From positions 95,512 to 159,511 of the forward strand of contig JAIRZM010000001.1 in NCBI GenBank assembly GCA_031267235.1: 64,000 bases of DNA, written 5' to 3'. Below, one piece after another: positions 58,189 through 64,000 of this stretch. The notes beneath the pieces were generated by a model, which saw only the letters and a list, made by a program, of their open reading frames with translations, did no database searches and was not told the DNA's origin. This DNA comes from Holosporaceae bacterium (GTDB taxonomy: Bacteria > Pseudomonadota > Alphaproteobacteria > UBA3830). The stretch's first letter is position 1, and every line of letters begins with the position of its first letter. Both the position numbers and the translations under genes were made by a program.

Positions 58189-59100
58189 ATGTGGGTCTGC
58201 AGCGCTCCCTCCAATATTGCTCTTATAAAATACATGGGGAAGCAAGAGGGAAATATTCCCAGCAATGTTTCTTTATCATATACGCTGAACAAATTTAGCA
58301 GCGAGGTTTCGCTGGAAGTTTGGGAAAATGAAGACGTCTTTATAAATAAAATGAATCTAGCTGAAGAATCGGTTCGCAGATTTCTTGGGCATCTGAATCA
58401 TATAAAGAATGTAACTAACTGCCGTAAATTTTTTAGAATAAGATCGCAGAATAATTTTCCCCATTCGGTCGGTATTGCTAGTTCAGCTTCGAGCTTTGCA
58501 GCGCTGACCATTTGCTCATTTCGCGCTATGTGCTCTCTGGAAAATATACCGCTGCCATCGCCGGAAGAAATGAGCCGAATTAGCAGGAATGCATCCGGAT
58601 CATCCTGTAGATCATTTTTTTCTCCCTGGAGTCTTTGGGATGGCGAGAATGCCATGATGGCTAACATAGAAATCTTCGAATTGCGGCATAATTTGCTACT
58701 ACTCAACAAAACTCCAAAAGCGATTGCTTCCAGCGAAGCCCATAAACGCGTAAGAAGCAGTCTGCTATTTTCCGGAAGAGCCGACAGAGCGAGAGCGCGT
58801 CTCAACAAATTGATTCCCGCCTTGAATAATAATTGGAGAGAAGCATATCAGCTGTGTTGGGAAGAATTCTGGGATATGCATGCGTTATTCGAAACGTCTT
58901 CTCCGGCTTTTGGATACTTTTTACCTGAAACAATCGCTGTGCTGCAGGAAGTCAGAAGATTTTGGCAAAATTACCAGGATGGACCTCTAGCAACCGTTGA
59001 TGCAGGCTGCAATGTTCATCTTTTGTGGAGAGAAGACCAAGAAAAATCTCAAAAATGCTTGATTACAAAGCTGCGGCCGATGATTGAGTCCCTAATCTAA
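58189..59100 (+). CDS. mvaD: Diphosphomevalonate decarboxylase-like GHMP enzyme
   Basis: 303 aa with APSNIALIKYMGK, SQNNFPHSVGIASSASSFAALT, ASGSSCRSF and TVDAGCNVHLL. These match the MVD signature blocks. It starts 2 nt after the MFS stop. Confidence 0.8.
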   Translation: MWVCSAPSNIALIKYMGKQEGNIPSNVSLSYTLNKFSSEVSLEVWENEDVFINKMNLAEESVRRFLGHLNHIKNVTNCRKFFRIRSQNNFPHSVGIASSASSFAALTICSFRAMCSLENIPLPSPEEMSRISRNASGSSCRSFFSPWSLWDGENAMMANIEIFELRHNLLLLNKTPKAIASSEAHKRVRSSLLFSGRADRARARLNKLIPALNNNWREAYQLCWEEFWDMHALFETSSPAFGYFLPETIAVLQEVRRFWQNYQDGPLATVDAGCNVHLLWREDQEKSQKCLITKLRPMIESLI

Positions 59101-59111
59101 TGACCATAACT

Positions 59112-59843
59112 CTACAGATCCACTCGAGCAAGCGTTACCACAATAACTTTAGCGGCATTGTATTTTTTTAATATTCTTGAGCATTCATTTACCGTAGATC
59201 CCGTAGTTAGCACATCATCCACTAAAATCACGGACTTGCCATCAATCAGCGAAACATAATCTTCGTCCACTCCCAGTGATCCTCTGACATTTTTCAGCCG
59301 CCTATTTCTGGACAATCCTTCCTGTGGATCCGTATGTTTGATCTTTTTTAGGATTCGAGGCTCATAGGCAACGCCGCTGAGTTTTTGCAATCCCATTGCC
59401 AACAATTCAGATTGATTATACTGTCGCTTTAACCTTTTGAGAAAATGTATCGGAACCGGAATAATTATATCCGCACCTGCCATATCTTTTGCGCAAGCGC
59501 CATACATCCAGTTGCTTAATTTTTCAGCAATATAAGTTGCGTCCCAATGCTTGAACTTTAATATCATGTCTTTGGAAAAATCCTCGTATCTGAATGCCGC
59601 AATGGCTCGATCAAAGTGAGGTCTTTTCTTTAGACATGCCAAACATAGCGCATCCAAATCTATTTCAAATGGCGCTCCGCAGATCTTACATTTTGGGTCA
59701 GAAATCCATTTGATATGCTTCCAGCAATTGGGGCACAGCCCTTCGCTATCCACAAAATCTCCGCATTTGCAGCAGACTATGGGAAAGCATATGTTTTTTA
59801 CAACTTCCATGATTTTGTCGATAAAATAGTTCATCTGATCCAC
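59112..59843 (-). CDS. comF: ComF-family phosphoribosyltransferase-like protein
   Basis: 243 aa with an N-terminal Cys4 cluster (CCKCG...CPNCW...CKICG) and PRT motif ILVDDVLTTGST. Confidence 0.8.
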   Translation of the reverse strand: MDQMNYFIDKIMEVVKNICFPIVCCKCGDFVDSEGLCPNCWKHIKWISDPKCKICGAPFEIDLDALCLACLKKRPHFDRAIAAFRYEDFSKDMILKFKHWDATYIAEKLSNWMYGACAKDMAGADIIIPVPIHFLKRLKRQYNQSELLAMGLQKLSGVAYEPRILKKIKHTDPQEGLSRNRRLKNVRGSLGVDEDYVSLIDGKSVILVDDVLTTGSTVNECSRILKKYNAAKVIVVTLARVDL

Positions 59844-59980
59844 TAAATACTTGACGACGTTTATAGATAGAACGAAATAATTAATACCGCCTTAAAAAGA
59901 TGGTATTCTAGCGATGGCATCGAAAAATATAAATAAATCATTAACCATTATCAATTTATTCTAAAGAACATATTTTCGGG

Positions 59981-61279
59981 ATGAATGAAATGAAGAATTT
60001 TATTCAATGGCACGAGGGAATGCTGCTTTCTCCGCATCATTTCCAACAATCTGATGGTCATATTCAACATATGTTGAGCGTTTTTGGATCATCCTGCACT
60101 GCTTTTGGCTTTGGCGTCTACGAACTGAAGATAGACACTTCGGCGCTCTCTTCTGGAGTTATACGAATATTGAAAGTTCGTGGAATTTTTCAGGACGGCC
60201 TATGTTTTGATTTCGACGCCGTCCATGATCAACCATTGGAAAAAAATTTAAGCGATTATTTTGCATCCCATAGCTCCGCCGTAAAGATTTATCTGGCAAT
60301 ACCAGCACGCCGAACTGGAGAAAATGAATTGGCGGGCGAGATGGCGCGCTACTATTCCGCCGAGATAAGCGGGATTCGCGACGCCAATACCGGAGAAAAC
60401 ACCATCAATATTCCAATTCTAAAGCCGAAGCTAAAATTGCTCCTCCAGAGCGAGATTGACGCTCGCTACGTTAATTTCCCAATTTTTGAAGCGGAAAAAT
60501 CCATAGATGGCGGAGTTGTTGGCACGAATTTTATTCCACCGTTCATTGCTCTGGATGAACATTCCAAAATCCTGGAATTGTGTAGGGAAATCTCCCAGAT
60601 AATGAGAAACAAAGTTTCATATTTTTCAGATAGAAAGGATAATTATTCGCGCACGGCTACGGATGAGTCCATGGCCAGTCTACGGTTACTAATTCAGGCC
60701 GTTCTGCCACTGGAAGCAATTATTCGCATCAACGGAATTCAACCATTCGAAGTTTACAAGCATCTCATGAGCGCGATTTCAAAAATCATTTCCATTAACC
60801 CAATTCAACTTATTCCACGACTCACGGTTTATGATCACAACGATCTATTTTTTACTTTTGACGGACTGCTGCAATGCGCCCGAAACATATTGAATCAGCT
60901 AAAACAGCAATATGAGATTATTCATTTTGAAAAGGAAGGATCAATTTTCAAACTGCAAGTCAAAAAGGAATGGCTGACAAAAGAAGAAATTGCCATCGGT
61001 GTACAGAAGACTTTTGCCATGTCAAATGATGACATGCTTACCTGGATCAATGGAATGCAGATTGCAAGTGAATCTATGCTATCGGCAATCCGAGATAAAC
61101 GAGTTCTAGGAGCAGAACGAAAAATACTTGAGCGTGGCGCCTATATAACACAACCCGATGGCATGATAATTCTTGCTGTAAAAACGAAAACAGCCTACAT
61201 CAAAATTCCTGAAAAATTGTGCATACTGAACAGCTCACAAAATATGGCACCCGAAGACATTGTGCTATATGCCGATTAG
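59981..61279 (+). CDS. tssK: TssK/ImpJ/VasE-family protein (type VI secretion baseplate subunit homologue), orphan
   Basis: 432 aa. The N-terminal WHEGMLLSPHHFQQSD matches the TssK W-x-EG-x-L-x-PQHFQQ signature. An internal NFIPPFIAL motif is present, and the length is typical of TssK. Confidence 0.7.
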   Translation: MNEMKNFIQWHEGMLLSPHHFQQSDGHIQHMLSVFGSSCTAFGFGVYELKIDTSALSSGVIRILKVRGIFQDGLCFDFDAVHDQPLEKNLSDYFASHSSAVKIYLAIPARRTGENELAGEMARYYSAEISGIRDANTGENTINIPILKPKLKLLLQSEIDARYVNFPIFEAEKSIDGGVVGTNFIPPFIALDEHSKILELCREISQIMRNKVSYFSDRKDNYSRTATDESMASLRLLIQAVLPLEAIIRINGIQPFEVYKHLMSAISKIISINPIQLIPRLTVYDHNDLFFTFDGLLQCARNILNQLKQQYEIIHFEKEGSIFKLQVKKEWLTKEEIAIGVQKTFAMSNDDMLTWINGMQIASESMLSAIRDKRVLGAERKILERGAYITQPDGMIILAVKTKTAYIKIPEKLCILNSSQNMAPEDIVLYAD

Positions 61280-61285
61280 CGCCAT

Positions 61286-61316
61286 AAAAAAAGCCCCCGC
61301 ATAAAATAGCGAGGGC
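61286..61316 (-). terminator. Rho-independent terminator of groEL
   Basis: Minus strand reads GCCCTCGC-tattttat-GCGGGGGC followed by TTTTTTT, about 30 nt after the groEL stop. The 8-bp stem has one mismatch. Confidence 0.7.
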
Positions 61317-61347
61317 CTTCCGAGAAATATTCGAGAAACCAGAACTA

Positions 61348-63301
<1,954 letters not shown>

Positions 63302-63471
63302 ATTTTAACTCCATAACTTACCCCAAAATATAAAAATTTGCCATCGAAAGGCAGGGCGATGGTAGCAGCTAGTAAACATTAATTCAATAAAAAAAATCAT
63401 ACGATGTTGTAAAAATCACTTCCGTTAATATTTTATTAATCTTTAATACGTAGTATATTAACTGTAGTTTT

Positions 63472-63882
63472 ATGGAGATTATAGATATGAGCAAGAGAAA
63501 TATCCTTACTTCTGCAGCGCTTTCTCTGTCCCTGTTGGGCATTGTTTCCTGCGATCAAGAAGCGCCGAAGGAAGAAGCTAAGCCGGAGCAAGCAGCTGCT
63601 GCGCCAGCCGCACCAAAGCCGGCTGAAGCGGTAGATAAACCGGCAACAACGGAAGTCGCGACGGGTAAGGCTGAGGACGACAACAAAGCGGCTACCGCGT
63701 CCGATCAGCCTGAAGAAAAGCCAGAAGCTGCGTCGGAAACTGCAGCCGAGGGCGATGAGTCGACATCCGAAGACGCCCCAACGGTTGGTGAATCTTCTGC
63801 TCCCGCAGAGAAAAAATCTGAAGAGAAAGCAGAAGAATCAAGTAGCGAATCCCAAGCACCTTCGACGGAAAACAAGCAATAG
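63472..63882 (+). CDS. Acidic, low-complexity (A/E/P/K/S-rich) putative lipoprotein
   Basis: 136 aa with a signal peptide and lipobox LLGIVSC. After that there is no predicted folded region. An alternative start is MSKRN at 63487. Confidence 0.6.
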   Translation: MEIIDMSKRNILTSAALSLSLLGIVSCDQEAPKEEAKPEQAAAAPAAPKPAEAVDKPATTEVATGKAEDDNKAATASDQPEEKPEAASETAAEGDESTSEDAPTVGESSAPAEKKSEEKAEESSSESQAPSTENKQ

Positions 63883-64000
63883 ACCTGCTGCATTACGGTT
63901 GGGGGCACGCTAAGCTGTTGCGCAAATCAGCTGGATCTTTTGTGCTGAAGAGGTTTGGTTGATTTGCTCAACGGAGTAGATGGGCAACGTCGGTTACGTT

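Noticed and set aside
63302-63471. Search for a CIRCE element (TTAGCACTC-N9-GAGTGCTAA) or a clear sigma32 promoter upstream of groES
   Set aside because: No CIRCE-like inverted repeat is present. There is only a short imperfect hairpin (GCCATCG...CGATGGT) and a CCCCAAAATATA string in the wrong orientation, which is not enough to call a regulatory site.

Overview
AT-rich, gene-dense bacterial chromosome segment. Gene content and order point to an alphaproteobacterium with a reduced genome, probably an intracellular Rickettsiales- or Holosporales-like lineage (inference): atpB-E-F'-F F0 operon, addB-addA, LpxI-type lipid A pathway, bamB-der, and a 41-aa L36. About 60 CDS, 2 tRNAs and no rRNA; I saw no CRISPR array, transposase or integrase. 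Most of the window is housekeeping: rnj, birA, murA, trxA, rsmG, addBA, atp F0, trpS, HU, bamB/der, trxB, recF/dnaN, lepA, pheST, hppA, rnhB, rpmJ, rpsA, dut, bamD, accA and groESL. The one clear accessory block is a tightly packed 11-gene minus-strand operon plus a divergent GT2 gene (35.4-47.2 kb). It encodes an NDP-heptose-type pathway with its own transaldolase, sugar-modifying enzymes, and an ArnC/ArnT-like lipid-carrier glycosyltransferase pair. Other notable items: a triple parS array partly embedded in rsmG; an orphan E2 acyltransferase homologue with no lipoyl-lysine and a ~425-aa charged coiled-coil insert; an LpxI-LpxB fusion; an MFS transporter coupled to a lone diphosphomevalonate decarboxylase; an orphan TssK (T6SS baseplate) homologue beside groESL; and an AddA lacking its nuclease domain. 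All calls rest on motif recognition in the supplied translations and hand inspection of DNA. No database search was run.
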